A stretch of DNA of 64,000 nucleotides from Alphaproteobacteria bacterium (GCA_965227515.1 CBDDFZ010000001.1:2944001-3008000); one strand, 5' to 3'; shown: positions 37,265 through 47,934, numbered from the stretch's first letter. Numbers and translations: made by a program. The notes: generated by a model not told the origin, from the sequence alone.

Positions 37265-38548
37265 TTGTCGACTTCGCCTGACCGGGCCGCCGCCTATTCA
37301 CCGAGCCGGCCGCAAGGACTGATCCGTTCGCATGTGCCGACGCTGATCGGCTTCGCGCTGATGATCGTGGTGGCCACCTTTTCGTCCAAGGCGATGTGGA
37401 TCGTGATGCTGGGGCTGGCCATCGTGCGCGGGCTGCAGCTCTGGCCCGGCCGGCGCGGCGACCTGGTGCGCGACATGCGGCGGATGGGCATGCTGTGGCC
37501 TCTGGCCGCGCTGGCGCTGGCCTCCACCATTTGGGCGCTGGACCCGGAGCACACGGCGGTGCGCGGGGTGCGTTTCTTCGCGGAGCTGGCGCTCGGCGGG
37601 CTGATGATCGGCCTGCTGCTGTCGACGCCGCGCCAGGAGGTGGCGCGCATTCTCACCGTCTCGGCCTATGCGCTGCTGCTGTCGGCCGTTGTGGCGGCGG
37701 CGGACGTGTTGCTGCAAGGCGACCTGTTGCGCTGGGCGCACAACGAGATGAATGCGGCGGACGCCTTCAATCGCGGCGCGCTGATCGCCGGCGCCATCGT
37801 CGTGCCGCTGGTCGTCGGCCTAGCGATGGTGCGGCGATGGCTGCCGGCGCTTGCCGCCATTGTCGGCACCGCCATCATCATCCAGTACGCCGGCATGGAT
37901 GTGTCGGCCCCGGCCGCGATATTGGGCGTGGTCGTGCTGGGCGTGCTCTATGTCTGCCGGCGCGTGCCGGGTGTGTGGGCCGTGCCGTTCGCAGGTTTGG
38001 CTGCCAGCCTGATCGTGGTGCCCGTTGTGCTGCCGATCCCGCTGGACAGCCCTGCCTCGTGCTGGGCGATGGAGACCAAGCTCTCGGCCGGCCACCGGCT
38101 CGGCATCTGGAACTTCGTGGACGCGCGGATCGACGACAAGCCGTGGCTGGGATGGGGCATGGAGGCATCGCGCGCCATTCCGGGCGGCAAGGACATGATC
38201 CCGATGCCGGACTGTGGCGAGGCGGTGAATCCGGAAATACTGGGGCCGGTCCTTGGCGACCAGTTGCCGCTCCACCCGCACGATCTGGCGCTGAATCTGC
38301 GGGTCGAGCTCGGCATCCCCGGCCTGTTGCTGGGGCTTGCGGTCATCGCTTGGCTGGCGTGGCAAACGCGCCGCCAGTCGCCGCTTGTCCGCGCGGTGGC
38401 GGGCAGCGCGCTCGCCGGTGCCGCCACCTATGCCCTGCTCAACCTCGGCATGTGGCAGGGGCCGTGGCTGGTGACGCTGTTCTATCTGGTCGGCCTGGTC
38501 GGGCTGATCGCGACGCTGGACCGCGACCCGGAAAAACGAACTAGCTGA
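37265..38548 (+). CDS. O-antigen ligase (WaaL-like) family protein
   Basis: Multi-TM; HRLGIW, PWLGWG, LPLHPHD...ELGIPG. Confidence 0.88.
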   Translation: MSTSPDRAAAYSPSRPQGLIRSHVPTLIGFALMIVVATFSSKAMWIVMLGLAIVRGLQLWPGRRGDLVRDMRRMGMLWPLAALALASTIWALDPEHTAVRGVRFFAELALGGLMIGLLLSTPRQEVARILTVSAYALLLSAVVAAADVLLQGDLLRWAHNEMNAADAFNRGALIAGAIVVPLVVGLAMVRRWLPALAAIVGTAIIIQYAGMDVSAPAAILGVVVLGVLYVCRRVPGVWAVPFAGLAASLIVVPVVLPIPLDSPASCWAMETKLSAGHRLGIWNFVDARIDDKPWLGWGMEASRAIPGGKDMIPMPDCGEAVNPEILGPVLGDQLPLHPHDLALNLRVELGIPGLLLGLAVIAWLAWQTRRQSPLVRAVAGSALAGAATYALLNLGMWQGPWLVTLFYLVGLVGLIATLDRDPEKRTS

Positions 38549-39197
38549 ACGACTTGCGTAGCAGCGTGGCGATGGCCGCGTCGCGGTCGGCCACGCCCAT
38601 GTCAAGCAGGTGGTGCAGCCGCCCGGCGTTCAGCAGGTCGGCCAGGCCATGCACGATCGCCCACGTGCCGGCAGCTTCCAGCTTCAGCGTGCCGCCGCCG
38701 CCGTCGCCCGCGCCGTCGCCCCCGTCGCCCAGTTCGGGATGCGCGCGCGCGACATCGGCATTCAGCTTCTCGAACGCCAAGCCGGCCGCATCGCACAGCT
38801 CCGGCGCGCGGAAATCCGGCCGCTTCGATGAGAACATCAGCCGGAACAGGGCGGCGTTGGTCATCGCGAAGTCGACATAGCCCAGGCCCGATGCAACGAG
38901 CTGCGACATGCCGTCGGGTTCGGCCCGGGCCTGGCGCATGGTCTGCATCTGGACGAAGCAGCGGAAGCCGGCTGCGGCCAGGGCGGTCAGCAGGCCGGTG
39001 ACGTCGCCGAAGTGATGCGCCGGCGCGGCGTGGCTGACCCCGGCGCGCTTGGCGACGCCGCGCAGCGAAAACCCCTCCAGCCCGCGTTCCGCCAGCTCCT
39101 GTTCGGCCGCCGTCAGCAGGGCCGCGCGCAGGTCGCCGTGGTGGTAGCGGCTGTCACTGTTTTCCGTCGTCGATTCAATGTCTTGTCGGTGCGCCAT
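38541..39197 (-). CDS. TetR/AcrR family regulator with WHG domain
   Basis: YHHGDLRAALL, SLRGVAKRAGVSHAAPAHHF, WAIVHG. Confidence 0.93.
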   Translation of the reverse strand: MAHRQDIESTTENSDSRYHHGDLRAALLTAAEQELAERGLEGFSLRGVAKRAGVSHAAPAHHFGDVTGLLTALAAAGFRCFVQMQTMRQARAEPDGMSQLVASGLGYVDFAMTNAALFRLMFSSKRPDFRAPELCDAAGLAFEKLNADVARAHPELGDGGDGAGDGGGGTLKLEAAGTWAIVHGLADLLNAGRLHHLLDMGVADRDAAIATLLRKSFS

Positions 39198-39219
39198 CGG
39201 CTCAGCATGGCGGATAATC

Positions 39220-39287
39220 TTGTCACTGTCAAAATTTGATCTTGACACTGACAAGTGGCTCGATCAGTCTTATTTTGACACTGTCAA
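39220..39287. promoter_or_regulatory. Three TetR-type operator palindromes TTG(A/T)CACTG(A/T)CAA
   Basis: Copies at 39220-39232, 39242-39254 and 39275-39287 between divergent genes. Confidence 0.8.
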
Positions 39288-39302
39288 CATAGGGTGCGAA
39301 CG

Positions 39303-39761
39303 ATGGATGCCGACAGCCTGTTTCAGATCGCCGGTCCGGTCGTGCTTGCCGGGTGGATCGCGCTACTGGCCTATCCGCTCATGCCGATATGGGCCGATCG
39401 CATCGCCGGGATTGCGGTGCCGCTGGTGCTGTCGGTCGGCTACACGGCCCTGGTGCTGGTCTATTTCGCCGGCGCGGAGGGCGGGTTCGATTCGCTGGCC
39501 AACGTGATGCAGCTCTTCACGGTGCCGGAGGTCGCGCTTGCCGGCTGGGTCCACTACCTGGCCTTCGACCTGTTCGTGGGCGCGTGGGTGGTGCGGACCG
39601 CCCGCCGAGAGGGCATCGCCTATGCGCTTGTCCTGCCGTGCCTGCCGCTGTGCTTCATGTTCGGCCCCGCCGGTTTCGTCGCATTTGTCGCCGTGCGCGC
39701 GGCGCGCGCCGCTGTGCGGGCCGCACGTGCCACCGACCGTACCGCCACCATCGCCGTCTAG
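39303..39761 (+). CDS. ABA4-like (DUF4281) membrane protein
   Basis: GGFDSL..V..LF, AGWVHYLAFDLFVG, FMFGP.G. Confidence 0.9.
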   Translation: MDADSLFQIAGPVVLAGWIALLAYPLMPIWADRIAGIAVPLVLSVGYTALVLVYFAGAEGGFDSLANVMQLFTVPEVALAGWVHYLAFDLFVGAWVVRTARREGIAYALVLPCLPLCFMFGPAGFVAFVAVRAARAAVRAARATDRTATIAV

Positions 39762-39776
39762 CTTCGGAGCGCACCG

Positions 39777-40631
39777 ATGACCGATCTCACCGTTTCCCCG
39801 TCCGCCCGCTCCCGCCTGGACCTGCGGGCCATGCTGGCGCCGCTGCGTGACGAGCCGCTGTTCGCCGGCGCTGCACTGATGATGCTGTTCCTCGCTGTGC
39901 CGACGCTGGCGGCCATGGCGTTGGACGAACGCACGGTCAATGGCATCAACGTCTGGATCAAGCCGCTGAAGTTCCAGGTGTCCCTGGCCTTGTTCCTGGC
40001 GACGCTGGCCGCGTTCGCGCGCTGGGTGCCGGCTGATGTGCGGGGACGGCGCTGGTACCGCGCCTTTGCTGCGGTGACCGTGCTGTGCGTGGCGCTGGAG
40101 ATGATCTGGCTGATGGGAACGGCGGCGAACGGCGTCGGCGCCCATTTCAACGTGACCCCGCCGATCATGCAGATGGTCTATTTCTCGATGGGCCTGATCG
40201 CGATCGTCCTGACCGCCTCCACCATGGTGTATGCGGTGCTGATCGGCCGCCATCGCGCGTTGGATCTCGATCCGGCAGTCCGGCTATCCGTGGTGCTTGG
40301 CCTGGTTCTGACCTTCGTGCTGACGCTGATCGCGGCTGGCTACCTCGCGTCCGGCACCGGCCACTTCGTCGGCGGCAACGACCTGGATGTCGAGGGCATG
40401 CCGCTGACCGGATGGGCGCGCGACGGCGGCGACCTGCGTGTGCCGCACTTCTTTGCCACCCACGCCATGCAGGTGCTGCCGTTCGCCGGCCTTGCCGCCG
40501 GACGCTGGCTTTCGGCGCGGCGCGCGCGCTGGGCGGTGTGGGGGGGCGCGGTGGGGTATGTAGCCCTGGTCGCCGGCACCATGGTGCAGGCCGTGGCGGG
40601 CCAGCCATTTCTCCCCTTTCTCGGCGGCTAG
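39777..40631 (+). CDS. Conserved multi-TM protein, usual partner of DUF4281
   Basis: VWIKPLKF, GW..DGGDLRVPHFFATHAMQVLP. Confidence 0.85.
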   Translation: MTDLTVSPSARSRLDLRAMLAPLRDEPLFAGAALMMLFLAVPTLAAMALDERTVNGINVWIKPLKFQVSLALFLATLAAFARWVPADVRGRRWYRAFAAVTVLCVALEMIWLMGTAANGVGAHFNVTPPIMQMVYFSMGLIAIVLTASTMVYAVLIGRHRALDLDPAVRLSVVLGLVLTFVLTLIAAGYLASGTGHFVGGNDLDVEGMPLTGWARDGGDLRVPHFFATHAMQVLPFAGLAAGRWLSARRARWAVWGGAVGYVALVAGTMVQAVAGQPFLPFLGG

Positions 40632-41680
40632 AGCGGGGTCTTTTTTGGAAGAATCGAAAGGGGATTCCCGACTCGGGTGGCAATCTGATTCAACGTGTTG
40701 GTCTTGAGAGGAGGCTGGCGCGATGGGTCGACCCTATTCGAATGATCTTCGTGAGCGTGCTGTTGCCCGGGTGATGGCCGGTGAGACGGTTCGCTCTGTG
40801 GCATCCGCGTTCGATGTGAGCGTGTCTGCGGTTGTGAAGTGGTCGCAGCGATATCGGCGCACCGGGAGCGTTGCGCCGGGCAAGGTCGGTGGCCACAAGC
40901 GGATCATATTGGCGCCGCATCGCGACTTCGTGCAGGCTCGTTTGGCTGCCGAGCCGCACCTTCCCTTGCGCTCCTTGCAGCGCGAGTTGGCCGATCGCGG
41001 CATCCGGGTGAGCTACGGCGCGATCTGGCGCTTTGTGCATGCCGAGGGATTGAGCTTCAAAAAAAACCGCGTTCGCCAGCGAGCAGGATCGTCCCGACGT
41101 GGCGCGGCGCCGCGCGCGCTGGAAGCGTCATCAGGCGAAACTTGATCCCGCCCGCCTGGTCTTCATTGACGAGACCTGGGCCAAGACCAACATGGCGCCG
41201 TTGCGGGGCTGGAGCCGGCGCGGCCGGCGCCTCGTCGGCAAGGCACCGCACGGCCGCTGGCGCACCCTGACCTTCCTCGCTGCTCTGCGCTGCGACCAGC
41301 TCACCGCACCGTGCGTCTTCGACGGCCCGATTAACGGTCAGGCCTTCCTCGCCTATGTCGAGCAAATCCTGGTGCCGACGCTCAAACCCGGCGACATCGT
41401 CATCATGGACAACCTGGGCAGCCACAAGGGCAAGGCCGTACGGGCCGCCCTGCGCCAAGCCGGCGCAAGGCTGCTCTTCCTGCCGCCCTACAGCCCCGAC
41501 CTCAATCCCATCGAGCAGGTGTTCGCCAAGCTCAAGCACCTGCTCAGGCGCGCCGCAGAGCGCACCATCGACGACACATGGCGGCGTATCGGAAAACTAC
41601 TCGACGCGTTCCAGCCACACGAATGCAACAACTACATCGTCAATGCAGGATACGCTTCCGCATAAAACGATCCCGCTCTA
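40629..41680 (+). mobile_element. IS630 family insertion sequence in a CTAG target
   Basis: IRs TAGAGCGGG / CCCGCTCTA, TA duplication. Confidence 0.9.
40723..41665 (+). CDS. IS630 transposase in two frames joined at an A8 run (41059-41066)
   Basis: PYSNDLRER HTH; FIDETW, IMDNL, LPPYSPDLNPIE; dropping one A gives SFKKTAFASEQDRPDV. Confidence 0.9.
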
Positions 41681-41864
41681 GACTTCACGTTGCGAGATCC
41701 GCGCCGGGCGCGCTCGCCGTAGACTACGGCCTGGGCAACGGCTGCCGGAGACTGTCGCAACTCTTGGTCCATCCCTGCCCAAATCTTAATCAACAAGTTC
41801 AGCCTTTCTTAGGTGTTAATGCTGTATCTCCAATGGTCTTGTTGATAACCGTGGATGACTGGGT

Positions 41865-43355
41865 TTGACGATGGGGATGATGCGACGTGGCCGGGCGACC
41901 GGCGCGGATGGCGGAATGTACCGCGACATGGTCGAGGACATGCCGGTCAGCGTGATGATCTGTGAGCTTGATAACTTCACGATCACTTACGCTAACAAGT
42001 CTTCGAAAGAGGCACTGACCAGCATCGAAGATGTGCTGCCTATCAAGGCAGATCAGATTGTCGGTCAGTCGATCGACATCTTTCACAAGCAGCCGGAGAT
42101 GCAGCGCAAGCTGCTGAGGGATCCGTCGAACCTGCCGCACAATGCACGCATCAAGGTTGGCGACGAATGGCTGGATCTGCGCATCAGCCCGGTCTTCGAC
42201 AGCGCCGGCAAGTATACCGCCGCCATGCTGACCTGGAGCATCGTGACAGATCAGGTGAAGCGCGACGGCGAAGTCGACCAGTTGATGCAGATGTTGGACG
42301 TGATGCCGATCAACGTCATGCTGGCCGACAAGGACACGCTGGAGCTCACCTACGTCAACAAGACCAGCGTGAACACGCTGCGGCCGTTGCAACACCTGCT
42401 CAAGGTGCCGGTCGACGAACTGAAGGGCACCTGCATCGACGTATTCCACAAGAATCCGTCCCACCAGCGTGCCTTGCTGGGCGACCCGTCGCGGCTGCCC
42501 TTTCACGCCAACATCCAACTGGGCGATGAGCGGCTGTCGCTGCAAGTTGCCGCCATCAACGATGCCGACGGCAATTACCTGGCCCCGATGCTGAACTGGT
42601 CGGTGGTGACCGATCAGCTCACCATGGCGGAGCATGTGCAGGAGGTGACCTCGCTGGTCTCTGCCGCGGCGACGCAGCTGCAGGCCAGCGCCAACGCCAT
42701 GTCGGCCGCGACCGAGCAATCCGGGACCGGCGCCATGACCGTGGCCGAGACGGTGAACGAGCTCAACGAAGCTATTGCCGAGATTTCGAAGCAGGTGACG
42801 ACGGCGGCGAACGTCTCCAGCTCTGCGCAGGACGAATCGGGCAAGTCCAGCCAGTTGATCCAGGGCCTGGAGGATACCGTCGGCAAGATCGGTTCCATCG
42901 TTGGCATCATTCGCGATATCGCGGCACAGACCAACCTGCTGGCGCTGAATGCGACCATCGAGGCAGCCCGCGCCGGTGACGCAGGCAAGGGTTTTGCCGT
43001 CGTGGCCAGTGAGGTCAAGGCGTTGGCGGAGCAGACCGCCAAGGCGACCGACGAGATTTCCGAGCAGATCGGCGAAATTCAGTCAGCCATGACGGCGACC
43101 GTCGACGGCAACCGGTCTATTGCGGCGATCATCTCCCAGATCAACGAGATCACCGCCACGATTGCGGCCTCGGTCGAGGAACAGGCGGCGTCGACGGAAG
43201 CGGTCAAGGCGAACATCGATTCAGTATCGGAGGGCGTCTCGGAATCCGGTGAGAACGCCGTCGCGGTGCTCAACGCAGCGACCGACCTTGCCGAGCAGGC
43301 GGAAACACTGAACGGTCACATCACAACATTCATGCAGAAGATCAACGCAGCCTGA
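41865..43355 (+). CDS. Soluble chemoreceptor with two PAS domains
   Basis: Two repeats containing IDIFHKQP / IDVFHKNP; MA signature; no TM segment. Confidence 0.92.
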   Translation: MTMGMMRRGRATGADGGMYRDMVEDMPVSVMICELDNFTITYANKSSKEALTSIEDVLPIKADQIVGQSIDIFHKQPEMQRKLLRDPSNLPHNARIKVGDEWLDLRISPVFDSAGKYTAAMLTWSIVTDQVKRDGEVDQLMQMLDVMPINVMLADKDTLELTYVNKTSVNTLRPLQHLLKVPVDELKGTCIDVFHKNPSHQRALLGDPSRLPFHANIQLGDERLSLQVAAINDADGNYLAPMLNWSVVTDQLTMAEHVQEVTSLVSAAATQLQASANAMSAATEQSGTGAMTVAETVNELNEAIAEISKQVTTAANVSSSAQDESGKSSQLIQGLEDTVGKIGSIVGIIRDIAAQTNLLALNATIEAARAGDAGKGFAVVASEVKALAEQTAKATDEISEQIGEIQSAMTATVDGNRSIAAIISQINEITATIAASVEEQAASTEAVKANIDSVSEGVSESGENAVAVLNAATDLAEQAETLNGHITTFMQKINAA

Positions 43356-43389
43356 CAAGCCACTGTTATAGATACGATAACAGGGCTAC

Positions 43390-44376
43390 TTAGCCTGCGC
43401 CACCGACCAGCCGCTGGGCGGCGACGATGGTGTCCAACAGGGCATCCAACTCGCCGTTCGGCGGCTCGCCGCCGATCTCGCCGGCCTGGTAGAGCGCAAT
43501 CGGCGTGGCCAGGATTTCCGGCAGGGTGTCGGCGCAGGAGAAATCGCCGGCGACCGACTTCACCTTGGTGTTGTCGAACACCACCGACTGAACCTTGTCG
43601 CCCAGCAATGGGCCGGTCCACTGCGGCCGAAAGCGCATCAGCGTTTCCGTCGGCACGTGCACGATGTCGGCCTTCAGCCCGAATGCATCGGCAATGGCAT
43701 GGGTGACCTGGTCCCAGGTGTGGGCACGGTCGGCGGTGATGTGGAATGCCTCGCCCAGGGCCTTGGCATTACCCAACAGCCGCACGAACGGCACCGCTAG
43801 ATCCTCTGAGCGGGTCAGGGTCCACAGGCTGGTGCCGTCGCCGGGGACGACGATCGCGGCACCGCGGCGCATGCGGTCGACCGCCAGCCAGCCTTCGCCG
43901 AGTGCGGTCGGCAAATGGGTGCGGACGGTGTGGCTGGGGCGCACGATGGTCCAGGGCACGCTGTCCTGGCCGCGGATGACCGCCTCGGCCTCCGCCTTGA
44001 GGCGGCTGTATTCCCAGTACGGATTGACCAGCGGCACGTCCTCGGTGATCGGCCAAGTGTCGACCGGCTTCTTGTAGGCGGAGGCCGAGGAGACGAACAA
44101 ATACTGCCCGGTGTTGCCGCGAAACGCATCCAGGTCGCGGCCGACATGCGCCGGCGTGAAGCCGATGAACTGACAGACCGCGTCCCACCCCTCGTCGGCG
44201 ACCGCCGCAAGGGTTGCGTCGTCGTGGTAGTCGCCGACAATGGTGCGAACGTCGGGCAGGGTGGTGCGTTCGCCGCGGTTGAACACCGAGACGTCGTGAC
44301 CGAGAGTCACCGCCTGCTTGACGCATTCAAGCGAAATCTGGCCGGTGCCGCCGATGAATAGAATCTTGCCGTGCAT
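43390..44376 (-). CDS. NAD-dependent epimerase/dehydratase
   Basis: ILFIGGTGQIS, SSASAY, YSRLK. Confidence 0.9.
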   Translation of the reverse strand: MHGKILFIGGTGQISLECVKQAVTLGHDVSVFNRGERTTLPDVRTIVGDYHDDATLAAVADEGWDAVCQFIGFTPAHVGRDLDAFRGNTGQYLFVSSASAYKKPVDTWPITEDVPLVNPYWEYSRLKAEAEAVIRGQDSVPWTIVRPSHTVRTHLPTALGEGWLAVDRMRRGAAIVVPGDGTSLWTLTRSEDLAVPFVRLLGNAKALGEAFHITADRAHTWDQVTHAIADAFGLKADIVHVPTETLMRFRPQWTGPLLGDKVQSVVFDNTKVKSVAGDFSCADTLPEILATPIALYQAGEIGGEPPNGELDALLDTIVAAQRLVGGAG

Positions 44377-44478
44377 AAGCGCATCTTCCGCTGTGCGCGG
44401 CGATGGTGCAACGGCGTATTCGCTCGCTTGACGCGACCGCGGCCGAAAGCCGGCCGTCGTGCGCCATTCGGTCTGACT

Positions 44479-44688
44479 CTAGCGAGCCGCCGTCTTGGAG
44501 CGTTTCAATTTGGCTGCTTGTTTGTCGGCCTTTTCGGCTTCTTCCTTGGCCAGACGCAGCGCCTTCAGGCGTGCCGTCTTCTCCCGTGCTGCCGCGTCCG
44601 CCTGGTCACGCTCGGATTGCGTGTCGGTCGGTTGGCGCGTCAGCTTGGCGAACCTTTCCTCGGCTCGCGCGCGCGCATCGCGCATCAT
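44479..44688 (-). CDS. Small basic helical hypothetical protein
   Basis: REKTARLKALRLAKE motif; follows cspA. Confidence 0.65.
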   Translation of the reverse strand: MMRDARARAEERFAKLTRQPTDTQSERDQADAAAREKTARLKALRLAKEEAEKADKQAAKLKRSKTAAR

Positions 44689-44804
44689 ATGTTCGTACCT
44701 ACTGCTGTGGCTGGGATTTGGGAAACGGGGCGCGCCGCCATCGGCCGACCGCATCGGGGCCTGGCCATGGCGACGCGCCAACCTGGGCTGAACCGTGCCC
44801 GGCG

Positions 44805-45014
44805 TCAGTCGATCAGCGAGATGTTCTCGGCTGCGGACTTGCCGTTGCGGCCCGGCTGCAGTTCGTACTGTACCTTCTGGCCCTCATGCAGGGTGCTGAG
44901 ACCGGCGCGCTCCACGGCGGAGATGTGCACGAAGGCGTCCTTGCCACCGTCGTCGGGCTGGATGAAGCCATAACCCTTGGTGGTATTGAAGAATTTCACG
45001 GTTCCACTGGCCAT
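44805..45014 (-). CDS. cspA: Cold-shock protein
   Basis: GTVKFFN..KGYGFI, AFVHISA. Confidence 0.95.
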   Translation of the reverse strand: MASGTVKFFNTTKGYGFIQPDDGGKDAFVHISAVERAGLSTLHEGQKVQYELQPGRNGKSAAENISLID

Positions 45015-45330
45015 TGTCATTCCTTTGACACGTGAGGGGGTTCAAGCAGCTCACACCATGTTTGCTGCGTGGGGGATTGAAACGTTCACAATGTCTAGGA
45101 TGGACCGTGTGCCAAGCTGGCTCTACCGGTCAATGCACCAGCATCTGTAAAACGCACATCGGATAAATCCGACAAATGCGGCGGAATTTCAAGCCCTTTT
45201 GGGCATCCTGGCAAAATTTTCACGGGACTTGCGACCCGCGCGCCGCAGCCCGATATGTGCCCTGTACGCGGTCTCATGAAGTTTTGACAGCGCCAAGGGG
45301 TTATGCCAATACCTCAAGGATTCCGCGCGT

Positions 45331-45407
45331 CGGGGCGTAGCTCAGCCTGGTAGAGTGCTTGCTTTGGGAGCAAGATGTCGCTGGTTCGAATCCAGTCGCC
45401 CCGACCA
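45331..45407 (+). tRNA. tRNA-Pro(TGG)
   Basis: CGGGGCG...CGCCCCG-ACCA; anticodon arm CTTGC-TTTGGGA-GCAAG. Confidence 0.96.
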
Positions 45408-45500
45408 GCGCCACCACTAGCGCCTTGGCGACGCCGGAGAATGCGCCGCCGGGGCTGCCGATACACCGGCCGACCTTGAGGATGGAGCAGGGTAACCGCC

Positions 45501-45806
45501 ATGCAGGTGCGAATCTATCAGCCGGCCCGCAATGCCATGCAATCCGGGCGGGCCAAGACCAAGCGCTGGCTGCTGGAGTTCGAGCCGGCTGCCCGGCGCA
45601 GCGCCGACCCGCTGATGGGCTGGACCAGCTCGCCCGATACGCGCCAGCAGCTTCGCCTGTCGTTCGACAGCAAGGAAGAGGCCGTTGCCTATGCCAAGGC
45701 CCATGGCCTGATGTACACGGTGCAGGAGCCGAACCTACGTGTCGTCAAGCCCCGGGCCTATGCCGACAATTTCGCCTGGAAGCGCCAGCAGCCCTGGACC
45801 CACTGA
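45501..45806 (+). CDS. ETC complex I subunit (NDUFS4-like)
   Basis: RIYQPARNAMQSG, DPLMGWTSS, YADNF. Confidence 0.93.
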   Translation: MQVRIYQPARNAMQSGRAKTKRWLLEFEPAARRSADPLMGWTSSPDTRQQLRLSFDSKEEAVAYAKAHGLMYTVQEPNLRVVKPRAYADNFAWKRQQPWTH

Positions 45807-45875
45807 ACCGCGGATCCAGTAGCCGGCCGGTCCGCCGCCGGGCCGCGCGGGCAACGCCTTGCACACGCACATCAC

Positions 45876-45952
45876 GGCCCCGTAGCTCAACAGGATAGAG
45901 CATCAGCCTTCTAAGCTGAATGTTGCAGGTTCGAGCCCTGCCGGGGTCGCCA
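45876..45952 (+). tRNA. tRNA-Arg(TCT)
   Basis: GGCCCCG...CGGGGTC-GCCA; anticodon arm TCAGC-CTTCTAA-GCTGA. Confidence 0.96.
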
Positions 45953-45987
45953 TTCCCGTCCGGTGGTCCGGGCGGGGGCGGCGGCCG

Positions 45988-46719
45988 CTACAGCGCTGCC
46001 TTCAGTTCGGTGATTTTATGGCCGAACGCCTTGTAGCCCATGTCCTCGGCCTCGTTGAAGATCTGCTCCGCCCAATAGATCGTTCGCCACACCGAAAGCG
46101 CCTCTGGCGTGGCGAAATAGTGCCCGGTGGACACGACCGACGTCTTGCCGTTGCTGACGTTCACGGTGTGCGACCAGTCATTCACCGTGTCGAAGATGTC
46201 GACCTGGATTTCGCCCTGCAAGTTGCTGTCTTCAATCAAACTCTGAACCTGCGCGATGGCTTCGGTATAGCTTTTGCTATCGTTGACGAAGCTGAGGTTC
46301 TGCAGGCCGACTCTGGCGATCGCCTTGGACCCGGTCGGTGCGGCTTCCTTGTTGCCCTCCACCGTACCGGCAAGTTGCGCCAGCGCCTTGGAGAGGTTGC
46401 TGGTCAGGGCCTTCTTGTTCTTGCCGGTGACCCATTTGAGCTGGACCACGTTCAACTGGCTGGTCGGGGCGTCCCTGTAATAGACATCGCCAACCTTCGA
46501 CGCGGAGTCCGTTGGGAAATGGGCGTTCATCTCGCGCTGGTGCTCCCAGCGGAACAGCTCGAACAACGGCCCCGTGGTCGCGGTGCGCCGAACGTCTGCG
46601 TTGCCCGACCTGATATGGACGGCCAGCGTGCCCAGATTGGACGTGACTTCCGATTTCGGAACGCCGCCGCCAATCAGATTGCGGCACAGCGCTTCAATAT
46701 CTTCGAGGATACTTGGCAT
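45988..46719 (-). CDS. Hypothetical protein with PD-(D/E)XK-like nuclease motif
   Basis: GDVYY...VVQLKWV...NLSKALAQL pattern; AT-rich upstream region. Confidence 0.55.
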   Translation of the reverse strand: MPSILEDIEALCRNLIGGGVPKSEVTSNLGTLAVHIRSGNADVRRTATTGPLFELFRWEHQREMNAHFPTDSASKVGDVYYRDAPTSQLNVVQLKWVTGKNKKALTSNLSKALAQLAGTVEGNKEAAPTGSKAIARVGLQNLSFVNDSKSYTEAIAQVQSLIEDSNLQGEIQVDIFDTVNDWSHTVNVSNGKTSVVSTGHYFATPEALSVWRTIYWAEQIFNEAEDMGYKAFGHKITELKAAL

Positions 46720-47082
46720 GGCGGTGCATCCCTGGGCCGATAGGTTGTCCTGGTGGCATGGCAAGTCGCGAAGTTGACGCTGTCATCGCCAAGTAAAATT
46801 CGACAATATTTCCAAGAAAAGTTCAATAATACAAAAGTATCTCCCGAAAAACCTACGTTTCTTCCAGGCTGGCCGGCGTCGATTACCCCGTCCGGGTTAG
46901 AGGCAGGCCGGATATGTCTCTGCTGCGGTGGGCCATGTGGCGGGCAGCCTGCCCGCAGGCCATCAGCCAGCATGCCGTGCAGTTGCCTTCAATTCCGGAT
47001 GTCTTGAGTTGCCGATTGCGTTTTCAACCCAACTCAACAATAGTTTGGTCCGGGGAATGTACGCATAGGTAGTGGGGGGATT

Positions 47083-47913
47083 ATGTTAATGCATATTGTG
47101 CGGCCGTCGTTGGCCGCGATCGCAATTCTTGCGGCCGGTTGCCAGAGCGGCGTCGTCAGCCGTTCCGCGCCGGCGCCCAGCCAGCTCTATTCGGGCACCA
47201 TCACGCCCCTGACCGGGCCGGTCGAGGTGACGCCCGCGTCCGCGTTTGGCTTAGGCTACAGCGCGCAGTTGACCGGCAGCGTGTCTTATTTCGATGAGTC
47301 CAGGTCGGTCCGAGACAACCTGTCGGGCACGATGAACGTGGACTACGTGCCGGGCGATCGGGTCACCGTGCGCCTGGATATCCTGAGTGTTTCGGCGGAC
47401 TATTCAGATGAACTGCCGGACGGGCCGTTCACCTACATCTACGAGGTCGATCTCAAGCGAGAGCAGATCTCCACCGACATGATCCGATCGGACGGGCGGC
47501 CGTTCTCGGCCAGCGAGTTACGCGCGGCGGACGGCACCATGGCGGACCTTGTTCCGGTGCGGGGGTGGGCCGCCGGCACCATGACCCAGGGGGCGACGGT
47601 GGGCACCCTGACCATCAACTCGGTCGGCAGCGGCGGTTCGGTCACCGCCTCAACTACCGACGTGCCATTGACGGTTCTTGGCCAGACGACGCACCAGGGC
47701 CGGCCCGCCATCGTCATCGGGCTCGGCACCCGGATCGACGGCCCGTCCGACGGCAGCTCCATCTCGGGCTATTATGTGGTCGATCAGCAGACCGCCATCA
47801 TCCTGGAGCGCAAGTGGCACACCGCCAGCGCCGACTATGGCAATGTGACCGGCTATGTGCACGCCGGCCGCTTCCTCTACGACAGCACCACTATCACGCG
47901 CGTGCAGTTTTGA
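47083..47913 (+). CDS. Hypothetical lipoprotein
   Basis: Lipobox AAG-C; beta-rich. Confidence 0.7.
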   Translation: MLMHIVRPSLAAIAILAAGCQSGVVSRSAPAPSQLYSGTITPLTGPVEVTPASAFGLGYSAQLTGSVSYFDESRSVRDNLSGTMNVDYVPGDRVTVRLDILSVSADYSDELPDGPFTYIYEVDLKREQISTDMIRSDGRPFSASELRAADGTMADLVPVRGWAAGTMTQGATVGTLTINSVGSGGSVTASTTDVPLTVLGQTTHQGRPAIVIGLGTRIDGPSDGSSISGYYVVDQQTAIILERKWHTASADYGNVTGYVHAGRFLYDSTTITRVQF

Positions 47914-47934
47914 GGGTGAGGGGGCAGATGGCCG

